From positions 1,304,001 to 1,368,000 of the forward strand of contig MU061538.1 of assembly GCA_013265495.1 (NCBI GenBank): DNA of 64,000 bases, read 5' to 3'. Origin of the DNA: Vicugna vicugna. Lineage: Eukaryota. Shown here one piece after another: positions 1 through 11,394 of the stretch. The translations under genes and the position numbers were made by a program. How positions within the stretch are numbered: position 1 is the first letter of the stretch; each line of letters begins with the position of its first letter. A model generated the notes under the pieces. It was not told the origin of the DNA, made no database searches, and saw only the letters and a list, made by a program, of their open reading frames with translations.

Positions 1-1074
1 GAGGGCGCCTTGTCTGATTTTCTCGTGCCTGCGTATCCTTCTAGTGCTGCGCCGCCTCTGTGACCTCGGGCTAGGCTGTTTCTAGGAAGTGGTGCTATAC
101 CATCCTCCAGTCTGTTGTTCAGGTTTTGTCGAATATGTGTGCTGTCAGGCCCTCTAAACCAAACCTTATACAGCAAACTAGAATTGTGGAGCTGTTATGA
201 TAAATAAATGGAATAATTAATATTCTATGAAGGAGATGAAATTGGGACACAAAATTAGCACCAGTAAACTTAGCCTGTAAATTGTAAATCCACTTGTAAA
301 GCCTAAAATACGACCACTTAGAGCAGCAGTGGGTGATAATTACAATAATACTTATTTGGTTTTTAAGAGTCAGAATTCCAAGGGGGGGAAAAGCAGTGAA
401 CCTAGTTATTAATAACCTCCTGTGGTTGGACATGCAGTTTTTAATGTTAAGGTTTAACGAGCAACCTCATTTAGTCATCTTTAAAAATTCATGGGCCACC
501 GGCGCCTATCTGAGATCAAAATTCAAATTTTCACAGAATGTAGTGAGGGAAGTTGGCATAAGGAGGTTTAACCTTGGAGCCCAAAGCTGCCACAAAGCCT
601 TGTTTATCCAGAACCCAGGAGCTGTGCACTCCCCGTTGCCGGTAACCCGCGCACCGACCAGGCGCCCTGTTACTTTTCCTCGTCAGCTGTGAAAGTCCTT
701 GTCGGAGGTGTGAGCTCTGCTGCTGCTTCTGTTAAAGAGATCAATAGCCAGCGAGAGAAATTCAGTCTTCCCTGTGTGACTAAGAATCTTGCAGTTTGTC
801 TGGGTCATGATTCTGAAAGCAAATTTCATTTTGTACGTGAGGTTGCCATAGAGGTGTGGCCACGGGGACAGAGTCCTCATTCGGCCACCAAGTGGATGAG
901 TGAACCGCACCTCCATCTGCCTGGATGGAGGACGGAGGGAATGAAAGGGCCTCGCTAACTGCTGCTGGCGGTCTCCGCAGGTGGGCAGGTAAAGCTCTCA
1001 GCTCCATGTTCGGCTCACGGAACTCGGTAAATGCTACTTCTGCGTACTCTGAACTCGGGTGTTAGGGTGTCCGT

Positions 1075-1820
1075 GCCCACCAAAGCAGTCCGCCAATTCA
1101 GTGTAATCTATCAACATCCCAGCAGCATTCTTCACAGAAATAGGATGAACCCTAAAGTGTGTATGAAACCACGAAAGATTGTGAATATTAAAAAAGTAAA
1201 TGGGATTATATCAAACTAAAAAACTTCTGTATGTAAAGGGATCAATCAACAAAATGAAAAAGCAACCTACTGAGTGGGAAATATTTGCAAATCATGTATC
1301 TGATAAGGGTTTAATATCCAAAATATATAAAGAACTCATACAACTCAATAGCAACAAATGAAGAATATGATTTAAAAAAGGGCAGAAGACCTGAGTAGAC
1401 ATTTTCCCAAAGAAGACATGCAAATGGCCAATAAGTACATGAAAAAGGTGCTCAGCATCACCGATCATCAGGGAAATGCACATCAACACCACGTTGAGAC
1501 AGCATCTCACACCTGTCAGAGTGGATGTTACCAGAAAGATAGGAAGTCAGTGTTGGTGAGGATGTGGAGGAAGAGGACATTTGTACACTGTTGGTGGGAA
1601 TGTAAACTGGTGCAGATGTAGTTTGGAGGTTCCTTAAAAAACTAAACATAGAGCTACCGTATTTCCAGTGATTTCACTTCTGGGCATTTACCTGAAGAAA
1701 ACAGTAATACTAACTCAAAAAGATATGTTCGCCGCTGTGTTCACGGTAGTGTTACTTACAACAGCCAAGGCATGGAAACGGCCGAAGTGTCCGTCAGTGG
1801 ACAAGTGGGTAAAACGTGTG
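1075..1820 (+). mobile_element. L1 (LINE-1) ORF2 3' fragment, decayed, with internal deletion near 1185
   Basis: Typical L1 ORF2 nucleotide text (atttgcaaatcatgtatctgataagggtttaatatccaaaatatataaagaactc). The ORF track gives MQMANKYMKK and HCWWECKLVQ, the ORF2p C-terminal cysteine-rich region. Confidence 0.93.
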
Positions 1821-2859
1821 CATCACAGAAGTGGCACGTAACCCGTCCCGTCTCGCTGCACGTTCTCGCTCCTGGATGCACGGCTGAGCGCCGTGTCTGC
1901 CTGACTTCCCGCCTTTCTTCATTACAGAAAATAGGTCACTGGCTCTTTCTCCTTCTGGGGATTTTGCCGCTGCTGCTGCTCGGAAGCGTACGGTAGGACC
2001 CACAGTCACACACTCGGGCGGTGCCCCGACAGTGATGTCTCACGGCGCCTGACGTCGTGCTCCTTGGCGTGTCCTCAGCTGATGTGTTTTCTTCCTGGCC
2101 CTTGGTTTCTCCGTTTCTGAGGAGGAAGCACGTGTTTCCTGTCTTCTCTTCCCTCGTGTTGCATCTTTCTCGTCTTTCTCTGCTCTTTCTCCTAATTTGC
2201 TCAGGTTAACGACATCCTGAGTGTATGCTGAGTGTGGGCTACACAGTCTGAGGAATTTATAAGATTCTTCTGACTGTTTATGATGAAGCCGGAGCCGGAC
2301 AAACACAAATGAACTGACTAATGAAAAGAAATGAGACGTACAGTCAAACCCTGCCTGCACAGTTACGTCCACTGAAACCGGAAATGTAGAAGGTGGGGAG
2401 GACTTCCTGGCAGTAGAAGAAATAAACACACATGCTTCAATCCAGCTTCTCTCGCTTTGGCCCTGGAGTTTGGACTTAGGGGAGGACAGTCAGGTTATGA
2501 CTTGACATTCTCCATCCTGGTAGGGGGATGGATCCGGGCGAGGTCTGTCCGGGTCTGGCGGGGCTGTTTGCTCTGGACCGGGGAGGGTGCATCATTTCCA
2601 AAGCTCCACGTCTGCCTGACTCTCTGTCAGAGCCACGTCGACAGGGGTACGAACAGTCCCCAGCTGCCCCTGGGGCTGCGGGCCTCCCTCCCGGCTTGCC
2701 TTCTCCACTGTCAGGCACGTCCCCGAGGGGGCCCGGTGCGTCAGCATCACGTCTCACCTCGGCAGGGCCGAGCGGAGTGTGAACTCTGTGTTTGCCTGAC
2801 TGCTTGATGCATCTGCAGCTGCTTTGTCCTGTACTTAGAGGTGGCCTCGTCCTCGGAAG

Positions 2860-3030
2860 ACCCTTATGAGTCACCCTGTCACCCGGGGAAAGCCCTTCTT
2901 TGCATTTTCTGTGTCATTTGGTAATCTTTTGTTTACACGCCCGTCTTTTCCCCTGGGGTGTGAGCTCCTTGAAGGCCGGCATAGTGCCTCCCACAGGAGA
3001 GCTGGTGAGAAACGTTTGTTAAAAGGATGC
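2860..3030 (+). mobile_element. L2 LINE 3' end fragment
   Basis: ggtgtgagctccttgaaggc...agtgcctcccacagg...aaacgtttgttaaaaggatg resembles the recalled L2 3' terminus. Confidence 0.6.
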
Positions 3031-3120
3031 ATCAAGGCATTTTACCAGCCTCCAGGGTGTCATCTGAAAGTCAAATGAGATAATGTGTTTGGAGGCATTT
3101 GCAGTTTTATTTAAAAATCA

Positions 3121-3243
3121 TTTTTCCTTGAGAGGGGAAGGTAATTAGGTTTATTTATTTATTTGTTAAAGGAGGTGCTGGGGCTTGACCCAGGACCCTG
3201 TGCATGTAAACACGCCCTCTCCCACTGAGCTGCATCCGCCCCC
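3121..3243 (-). mobile_element. tRNA-derived camelid-type SINE (Vic-1-like)
   Basis: Reverse complement reads ggggcggatgcagctcagtggga...gtcctgggtcaagccccagcacctcc...aaataaataaataaacctaattacc. This has A/B boxes and the family's aaacctaattacc tail. Confidence 0.88.
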
Positions 3244-3261
3244 TGGAACTTTATACAAACC

Positions 3262-3390
3262 TCCAGCACTCACTGAGCTCTCCCTCTGTGCCTCATGCTG
3301 TTCCAAGCACTGTGTGCTGTGCATTCACTCAGTTTTATCAACACAGTGACCACCTATTTCACTTAGAAAAGAAAAACCAAATACGCAAGG
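3262..3390 (-). mobile_element. MIR SINE fragment
   Basis: cactcactgagctc...tgtgcc...gctgttccaagcactg...ctatttcac resembles the reverse complement of the MIR 3' half. Confidence 0.55.
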
Positions 3391-4809
3391 AGTAATTTTT
3401 TTCTCTGAAATTCTAACTTTCTACAAATATAATTGTACTAAGTAATCACAGTTATTCAGACCCTATCAGGGTTTGATAAATTCTTGAGCGGTTTGCTGTG
3501 GTGGTGTTTATTATAATATGTACTTTGCATATTTATTAATTTCTCTCGATTTAGAGTTTCTTGCCCTTTGTAGCATTTATTCCTCCCGGAAATAACTTTT
3601 ACTTGAAAGTTTTTCTGAAAGTCATGGATTTGTTAGCGGACTTCTTTCCATCTTTATTTCTACAGGTTAAAGAAAGTACTGAAAGAAGTGTTTATGGTTA
3701 TTGATTTCTTTGAAAGTCAGTGCTGTCCAAGGGTTAAGGCATGTTGTTGAGTGCTGGGTGGAAGAGGCACAAATTTAACACCTCTGGGTCCAAGGCAAAG
3801 AGGAGTTACTGGAAGGATCCGGGAGGATTTATTTGAGTTTGTCTCTAGCCCCTGATAAGCTGTGTTGAACGGATGGGACAGCCCGCAGCGCAGGGCATGA
3901 AATTCTGCTTCCTAACGTAATGATTTACTGGTGTCAAGACGCTTTACAGGGACACAGAATTATTTTTATTTATAACCCTATCGCTTGGCAGATGATAAAC
4001 AGTGCTGATGTATTTATGCTATTAGATTGACATTTTTGTTTTTAACTAGGATGGAAAATGAGTTCGCCTGAAGATCGGACTGTGTACGTTAGCTATCTAG
4101 TCTTTGTGTTTTCTTCCAGTATAACCCGTTTGATACTTAGCACCTCTTGTCTGACGCCTGGCTCTTCTTTTATGGCACCATTTGGCCAATAATCAAAGAA
4201 AACTCTGCTATGATTTTTTTAAAAAGTGAACGTAACGAGGACTTTGATTTTGAACATAAGGTCAAAAACATGTCAAGTGCAGATCATCAAATTAAAAGTA
4301 ACTAAATCAATAGCATTAGGAAGCTAAAAATACTTCTGTTCGATACTGAAAAACTAATAGGCCTGTGAAAGCATAAGACGTAAAAAAAGTGTTACCATAA
4401 TGGAACAAATTTCAAGTAATTCAAAGCACAAATGAGAAGGAGGAGGAGGGAAAAGGAGGCAAGTCTTGCATTTAAGGTAGAAGCGAAATAAACCTGTAGA
4501 AACACCCTGACTTTTCTTTGTTTCTGAGATATTTATCATTATCAGATGTTATTCATGTAGGTAGGAGACACTGAAACGTGTTCCCGCATCATCAGTAGCG
4601 GGGTGCCTGACAGCCCCGTCCCGCGAGGCCGGGCCCCGAGGTGCCCTCAGCCTGCAGGTGTCTGACCTGTAACGCTGCCTGCATCCAGATAGAGCTGACC
4701 CCCCCCCCACGCACACACACGCTCACACGCACACTTTGTGTGGGAAAGCCTCCCTTCTCTCACCTGAGCCGTCCTTGGGCTTGAGACGCTGCAGCTAGTA
4801 TGTTCTGGG

Positions 4810-4898
4810 GGGCCTCTGGGTCTAGACCTGAGTGTAGCCATGTTCTCAGTCTTTCTTTCCTCTTTTGTAAAATGGAAATACTGCTTCCTTGGGTTGTA
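4810..4898 (+). mobile_element. MIR core fragment
   Basis: ctcagtctttctttcctcttttgtaaaatggaaata...cttgggttgt matches the MIR core cctcagtttcctcatctgtaaaatgggg...agggttgt. Confidence 0.55.
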
Positions 4899-4971
4899 TT
4901 TTCTTTCTCTCCTTCCTTCCTTCCTTCCTTCCTTTCTTCCTTCCTTCCTTCCTTTCTTTCTTTCTTTCTTT

Positions 4972-5026
<55 letters not shown>

Positions 5027-5167
5027 CTCTCTCTTTCTTTCTCTCTTTCTTTCTCTCTCTCTTTCTCTCTTTCTCTTTCTTTCTCTCTCTCTCTCTCTCT
5101 TTCTCTCTTCTTTCCTCCCTCCCTCCCTTTTTTCTTTCTTTTGTCATTTCTTTCTTTCTTTGCCTTT
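4899..5167. repeat. Compound polypyrimidine microsatellite (CTTC)n/(CTTT)n/(CT)n
   Basis: Directly visible. It accounts for the low-complexity ORFs at 4647-5177. Confidence 0.98.
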
Positions 5168-5169
5168 AA

Positions 5170-5865
5170 TTAATTAATTAAGGTATAGTTGACTTAAAAT
5201 ATAAAACTAGTTGCAGGTGTACAACATAGTGACTCAGAGCTTTTATAGATTCTGTTCCATTTAAAGGCACACAGTAGTGGCTGCATACGCCGGTGCTGTA
5301 CTGTAGATCTTTGCAGCTTATTTGTTTTAGACTTAGTAGTTTGTTCCTCTTGACCCCCTCCCCCATCTTGCCCCTCCCCCTTCCCTCTCCCCACTGGTAC
5401 CACTGGTTCTCTGTATCCGTGAGTCTCTCTTTTGTTATATTCATTTGTTTGTTTTATTTTTAAAAATTCCACATATAAGCTATAACATACAATATTTGTC
5501 TTTCTCTGTCTTATTTTGCTAAACATAATACTTTCCAGGTCCATCCATGTTGTTAAAAATGGCAGAATTTTCTTCTTTTTTAATGGCTGAGTAATATTTC
5601 ATTGGGCAGACGTACCACGTTTTGTTTGTACATTCATCAGCTGGTGGACGTTTGGGTCATTTCCACCTTTTGGCTATTGTGAGTAGTGCTGCTGTGAACA
5701 TTGGTGTGCAAAGATTTTGTTTTGAAGCCCTGTTTTCAGTTCTTTTGAGTATATAGCTAGGAGCAGAATCACTGAGTCATATGGTGTTTCTATATTTAGC
5801 TTTTTGGGAAATTGCTAAATTTCTTCCCGTAGCAGGTGAACCATTTCACATTTCCTCCAGCAATA
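5170..5865 (-). mobile_element. L1 3' end (artiodactyl-type 3'UTR plus ORF2 end)
   Basis: aaggtatagttgac...ggtgtacaacatagtgactcag...ttccacatataag...ggctattgtgagtagtgctgctgtgaacattgg is an antisense L1 3' region. Confidence 0.92.
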
Positions 5866-6714
5866 GGTGATGGTGGTCTGAAAGATTTCCGAAGGAAGGT
5901 TTGAGACAATTGTATCTGTTTTGGGGACAGACTCTGAGAAAGAAGGACTGGAGGAGGGGATTTGAGGGTGGTTTACCAGCTGAGGCTGTCCTGCTGGGAG
6001 TTGGTCCCTTTTAAAGGCCCCCACGCGTCTGTGGAGCGGGGAGAAAGGAGGTGCCCAGGAAGACGCTTGGTTATGACCAGGCCGCCTCTTGAGGAGCATG
6101 AGCGAGTGCGCCCCGCTCAGTGCTTGTGTGCTGCTGCCACCCCGCCCACCTCCTCTTCTGGGCCTTCGTCCCCAGTGGTCCTCCACTCAGCCACTGCAGC
6201 TGGCCCTCCAGTGGCCACCGCCCTGCGGCTCTGTCCTCGTGGCCCATCAGGACTTTGTCTGCTCTTCTGCTTCCTGCCCTGGGGCTCCTGGGGTGGGTAA
6301 CTCAGTGGTAATCGACCTGTTGTCCTGACTCTGGATTCTCCTCTGTGTGTGATCTGCTCTCAGGGGTGGTACCTGTGGGGCATGGACTGACATGGACTCA
6401 CCCTGGGCCCGGGACACACAGAGTGTGTGTCCTCCACTAAGGCAGTGGCAGTTGGGGAGGGGAGGGGCTGTGGGGGTGTGGAGAGCCCCAGAAAATGCCT
6501 GCCTTGTTTCTCCTTGTCTCTAGGGCACAAAAGGGACACCATCTTGTGGGCCCTCTGTCCCAGCCCACCCTCCACAGTCTCCCAGCCCATGCTGCCTTCT
6601 CCAGTCGAGAGGGCGCATGGGGCCCTTGGCGGGGGGGACAGCATGGCCTCAGTGTGAGAGTGAGCAAATGTCAGCTCCTTCATGATAACAAATCCTCAGC
6701 CTTAAACCACTGGT

Positions 6715-6900
6715 TTAGCCAAGGTTCTTAGTTGACAGCAGTAGAAGTTATGACCATTTAAAATCAGAAAAAAGAGGAGGAATTATTGGAGAGATGTGGT
6801 GGTGGGGTTCCCAAGTTTGACTTAAGGGATGGAGGTGCAGTGGTCCCGGGGGTCTGAGGAGAGGAGTCACAGAGCGACCCCATGCAGGGCCCCCCTCAGT
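6715..6900 (-). mobile_element. Old MaLR (MLT1-type) LTR fragment
   Basis: ttagccaaggttcttagttgacagcagtagaa...aaaaaagaggaggaattattgga resembles the reverse-complement start of old MLT1 LTRs. Confidence 0.45.
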
Positions 6901-7777
6901 GGAAATGCAAGACTGGCCGGACACGGCCCTGTCTTCCCCGTGGCCAGGTCCCTCACAGGGAGCGCTCAGTCTCTACCAGGACTGGGGTGGGGAGGGGTGG
7001 GGGTCCAGCCCTCCTGTCTAAACCCTCCTCCAGGTTCCAGAGCAGGCAAAGGGGTGGGGCAGGGTGCTAGACGGGGACAGATGGTGACGGGTCACTGTAA
7101 ACATGTTTACAGCGTGTTGTCCTTGAGGAAGGATCAGACTGCCGGAGTGCCTGACACCTTGACGTTCGCAGGAGAGGACTGTCTTGACTGATGGAGTGGA
7201 CCTGGATCACTCCCCTCACTTAGACGGCCACCTTCCTCTCATGAAGATTCTTGCTGTGTTTGGATGGAGAGGACAGTTACGTGTCTTGGCTTTAAAGCCC
7301 TTTCTGTAGAGCTGTAAGAAAAGGCAAGTCAGTGAGCAGGATTAAAACAAAACGCTGTGTGCTTAGGCTGCCCAGTCACGTCAGCGATGGCATTGGTGGC
7401 TGCCCTACGGCAGCGTCAGACAGAATTATAAACAAGGAGTGCTGATGATAAAGAAGTTAGACAGACGAAAATAAGGTTTCCCAGTTTGGTAGTTCTGACC
7501 CGAAATGACTGAGCGTTATGTGTGGTCACCGATGCTAAGGAGAAAGGCTCGTTACGGCCGCCGTCTCTCTGGGGTCCTGCTTGTCCAGCTGTTCTGGTCT
7601 GGGTGCCAGAATCTTTACAGAACAAGTTGTGTGTGCCCCGTCCGGCTCAGGTGCCTGCCCGCGACAATGCCAGGGCAGGAACGCCGGGAGGGCAGTGTGG
7701 GGCTGGTGGGGCCGGGCCTGCGCGGCGGGGGGAGGCTGAGTTGTGACAACCGCGAGGTCAGTGGGGCGCGCGCGGGG

Positions 7778-7965
7778 TGCTCACCTGCGCCGGGCACTGC
7801 TCTAGGACTTTTCTGTGCCTTATAACACAAAGTATTGTTAGCACTCCCATTTCTTAGAGGGAAGCTGAGGCACAGACAGAGGAGCTTCCTGAGCTTACAC
7901 AGTTCGGAGGTGCAGGAGCCAGACTCCGTGGACCCCCAGGGGTCTGGGACCCCAGCCAGACCCTG
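7778..7965 (-). mobile_element. MIR SINE
   Basis: gccgggcactgctctagga...ctcccatttcttagagggaagctgaggcacaga...acacag...ggagccagact matches antisense MIR. Confidence 0.75.
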
Positions 7966-8369
7966 CCGGAGCCCCGCCACCGCGCTTTGTGACCGCTCTC
8001 CCGTGTGAGCCTTCTCTTGGTGGCGGTGGCTTTTGTTGGGCGTGGCCTTTAAGGACTAGGAGACACCTTATGGTGGGCTATTTGAAGACTCAAACACACT
8101 TTTCAGTTTTCTAAACCTTATATCTCAAGCATTTGCACTAATGTTTTTACCTCTAAATTATTACATAAACAAACATAATACCCTGGATCTATTTCTTGGG
8201 AAAAACAAATGTAATGGAAACAAAATTGTTGGTAATTCTGGGAAAACATCTAGGGTCCCAGCTTAATGAAATTTCCATGAAAGAAGCCCACCGGGGAGAT
8301 CTGGGAACTGCACGCCCATCCTTCTCAGCCCAGCCCGTGTGCGCTCTGCTGGGCATCGGGGACCACAGT

Positions 8370-9925
8370 CATCTTTTAATTTGGTGCCCTAGGTCCTACT
8401 GTCCTGTCTTGAACACTGTTCTGGGAGTTATGAGGGCTACCCAGTTAAGCACTGCCCTCCACTTCAAGGAGTGTATAATCTTAGAAGTAGAAAATTCTCG
8501 CATCTGAAATATTAAAGTGGGTGAGATTGGTGGAGACAATAAATGCCCTGGACTTTGAGAGGACGGAAAAGCTCCCTAATGGAGGGAGGTATTGATCTGG
8601 ACCTTGTAGGGTGGGAATGAGGCTAAGTGAGCAGGCAGATGGCTGTTACAGGAAGGAGGACAGCAAAGGTGGGATGCAGAGGACCCTGGAAAAAAAGCCC
8701 CAAGTGGGGACACATCCTGCATTATAAGAGAAGGGCTCTTTGGGTTGAGAAGAGTGGTATAAATATGAGTCTAGCATTAATGGTTTGGATGACAGGCAGG
8801 TCTCTAACAAGGAAACCAGAATGTGCACAGTAACCAGCGGCTGTAATTTAAATGTGAGACACACCGGAGGGACGGCGGCAGGGATGGGAAGGACAGGAAG
8901 GAACAAACAGAAGAGACAGTTGAAAGGGATACGTCATGGAGTCGCTGGCTACAGAGACAAAGGTGGGGCATTTTAATTCAGAAATGCTTGTGGTTTGCTT
9001 TCGATGCGTAAGGAACTATCTTCACCATGTTGAGATCTGAAAACAGGACTCAGACTGACCTCCATATCTTTGCAGCCACAGAATCAGGCTGAGATAAATA
9101 CACAGCAAGCACAAGCTTTGGAGTGTGGGGGACCCGCTGGTCCACACAGTAGAGATGCTGCAGTTAATGGTGGCTTGGGAGGGAGGATGCTGTGTGGGGT
9201 TCCAGTTGTTTTGAGCATGGTTTTATTGGGTGAGTCAAGAAGTGGATGGAGGTGTGAGGCTGGAGGCTGGACGACTGTTTAAGGACTTGAGACAGAGATT
9301 TGCAAGCCACTCTCAGGGAGCTGCTGTGAAACTGTGTGATAAGTTCTTTGATCAAAAATTTATAGGAAGCCACGCCAAGGCAGAACGTTGGGAAGGTCCA
9401 GGGCTCTGGGCAGGGAGGAGGGAGAGGGCTGGAAACAGGTGAGGAACTTTGGAGGGGCCAGTGGCTGGAGGCGTCTCAGGAGTGAGCGTGGCCTCCAGAC
9501 CCTGCTGGTCAAGGAGAAGGGTCCTGAAACCTTGGACTCTGGCAGGGAGGAGGTCCGTCAGGACCAGCTTGCGGGGGCACTAGGAGGGAACGCAGACGGC
9601 AAGATGAGAATTTGTGCAGCAGCTGCTTCTCAAGTGCAGACTGTTCTGGTATTTGGGATGTGAGAGTGATTAACGTAGCAACTCCTCTGTGCAGGAAACT
9701 CAGAGATTTGCACAAATAACCAGAACAGAGGGCACGCGGGGGGGTGGAATGAAGGGGCAAGGAGAGGCTGCTGGTGTTCAGAGGAGGGAAATACTGCTTC
9801 CAGCTTGGGAAGTTCAGAGGGTCCAGGTGGGAAGGAAGGTGAAGAGGATGAGAAATGTGCCAGGTATGGGGAAGAAAGGGTCGGGGATTGGTAGATTACT
9901 AGGATTCGAACATCTAGAGATGGTG
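8370..9925 (-). mobile_element. L2 LINE fragments (highly diverged)
   Basis: gaacactgttctggga...ccctccacttcaaggagtgtataatct..., ggaggacagcaaagg and further purine-rich L2-like segments. Boundaries are uncertain. Confidence 0.55.
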
Positions 9926-9936
9926 AAATAGGATTT

Positions 9937-10408
9937 GATTGATTGATTGATTTTGAAGTGTAGTTGATTTACAGTGTTGTGTTAGTTTCTAGTGCACAGT
10001 ATAGTGGTTCAGTTATACATACATCTGTATATTTTTTATCAGATTCTTTTTCATTATAGGTTATTACAAGATACTGAGTAAAAGTCCCTGTGCTGTACAG
10101 TAGGACCTTGTTGTTTATCTATTTTATATAAAGTAGTGTGTCTGTTAATCCCAAACCCCTAATTTATCACCTCCACCCTCCACCTTTCCCCTTTAGTTGC
10201 CATAAGTTTGTTTTCTATGTCTGTGAGTCTGTTTCTGTTTTGTAAATAAGTTCATTTGTGTCATTTTTTTAGATTCCACATGTAAATGATATTGTGTGAT
10301 ATTTGTCTTTGTCTGACTTACTGCACTTATGATAATCTCTAGGTCCATTCATGTTGCTACAAATGGCACTATTTCACTCTTTTTATGGCTGAGTAATATT
10401 CCATTGAG

Positions 10409-10448
<40 letters not shown>

Positions 10449-10549
10449 CATATACACATATCTATACATACCACAACTTCTTTATCCAGTCATCTGCTGA
10501 TGGACATTTAGTTTGCTTCCATGTCTTGGCTATTGTAAATAGTGCTGCA
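9937..10549 (-). mobile_element. 5'-truncated L1 3' end with 11-bp TSD
   Basis: Antisense L1 3'UTR text flanked by AAATAGGATTT at 9926-9936 and 10550-10560. It has a (GATT)n tail and an internal (TG)n at about 10408-10445. Confidence 0.93.
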
Positions 10550-10779
10550 AAATAGGATTTTACAAAACTGGATCAGAAGGGGCAAATAACTGAGGGTTGA
10601 AAACAATAAAGATGTATTATGATTACCCAAAAAGTAGATGTGTGAAAGACAAGAATGAATAAACAGGCTGAAAAGGGTCAGATTGTGGAGGGTGCTGGCT
10701 AGCAGCATAAATGTAGTTTATAAGTAAGCAATGTGGGGTTTTACACACATACACCCACACACACTCACACACACACTAT

Positions 10780-11390
10780 AGTTTTATTGATGTATAATTT
10801 ACATAAACTACAACTTGTGCATTTAAGTATACTGTTCACTGAATTTCATTAAGTGAGGTCATGCAACTACCTCCATAATAAAATTTTAGAGTACTTTGAC
10901 CCCTGCCCCCCATCTCCTTCATTCCCTTTTGTAGTTCCTTCCCCAACGTCAGCGTCTGGCAACCACTGATCTGTGTATAGTTTCACCTTACTTAGAATTT
11001 CATGTAAACAGGATCAGACAGTGTGTGGTCTTTGCTATCTGGCTTCTTTCAGGAACATAATGTTTTTGAAATTCATCCATTTGCTGCATGCATTAGTAGT
11101 TTATTCCCTTTCTTTGCTGGATGATGTTTCATTGCATGGAAGTACTACGTTTTGTCTAGCTATTCACCAGTTGATGGACATTTGGGTCCCTCAATTTTTG
11201 GATATTATGCATACTTCTATTATGTGCATCCATATGAAAGTTTTCATGTGCACGTATTTCTTCATTTTTCTTGGGTAGATTCCTAGAAGCAACGTTAATG
11301 AGTCTGGTTAAGTTTATTCTTATTTTAATAAGAAATTGCCAAACTTTTTTCCATTTTCTACACCCAGCAGTGATGTGTGTGTACTATTTA
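10780..11390 (-). mobile_element. Older L1M (L1MB/MC-like) 3' end
   Basis: ttttattgatgtataatttacata...ctggcaaccactgatctg...caccagttgatggacatttggg...aagaaattgccaaact. Confidence 0.85.
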
Positions 11391-11394
11391 ATCA

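Noticed and set aside
1418..1621. L1 ORF2-like peptides here and at 34934-35128 and 55739-56056 as functional CDS
   Set aside because: They are truncated, frameshifted retrotransposon remnants.
2133..2345. Long pyrimidine tract with acceptor-like CTCAG at 2204
   Set aside because: There is no good downstream donor, the frames contain stops, and GTTAAC is a poor recursive donor.
2280..2375. C/D snoRNA-like boxes (ATGATGA ... CTGA)
   Set aside because: The terminal stem is only about 3 bp and I see no convincing contiguous rRNA-complementary guide. Such box pairs are expected by chance.
3640..4095. Acceptor-like sites at 3666 and 4049 (possible 34-nt exon 4050-4083, WKMSSPEDRT)
   Set aside because: Donors are weak and the peptide is not recognisable. 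I cannot support an exon without RNA data.
4647..5177. ORFs rich in K/E/R or F/L/S
   Set aside because: These are translations of the compound microsatellite, not genes.
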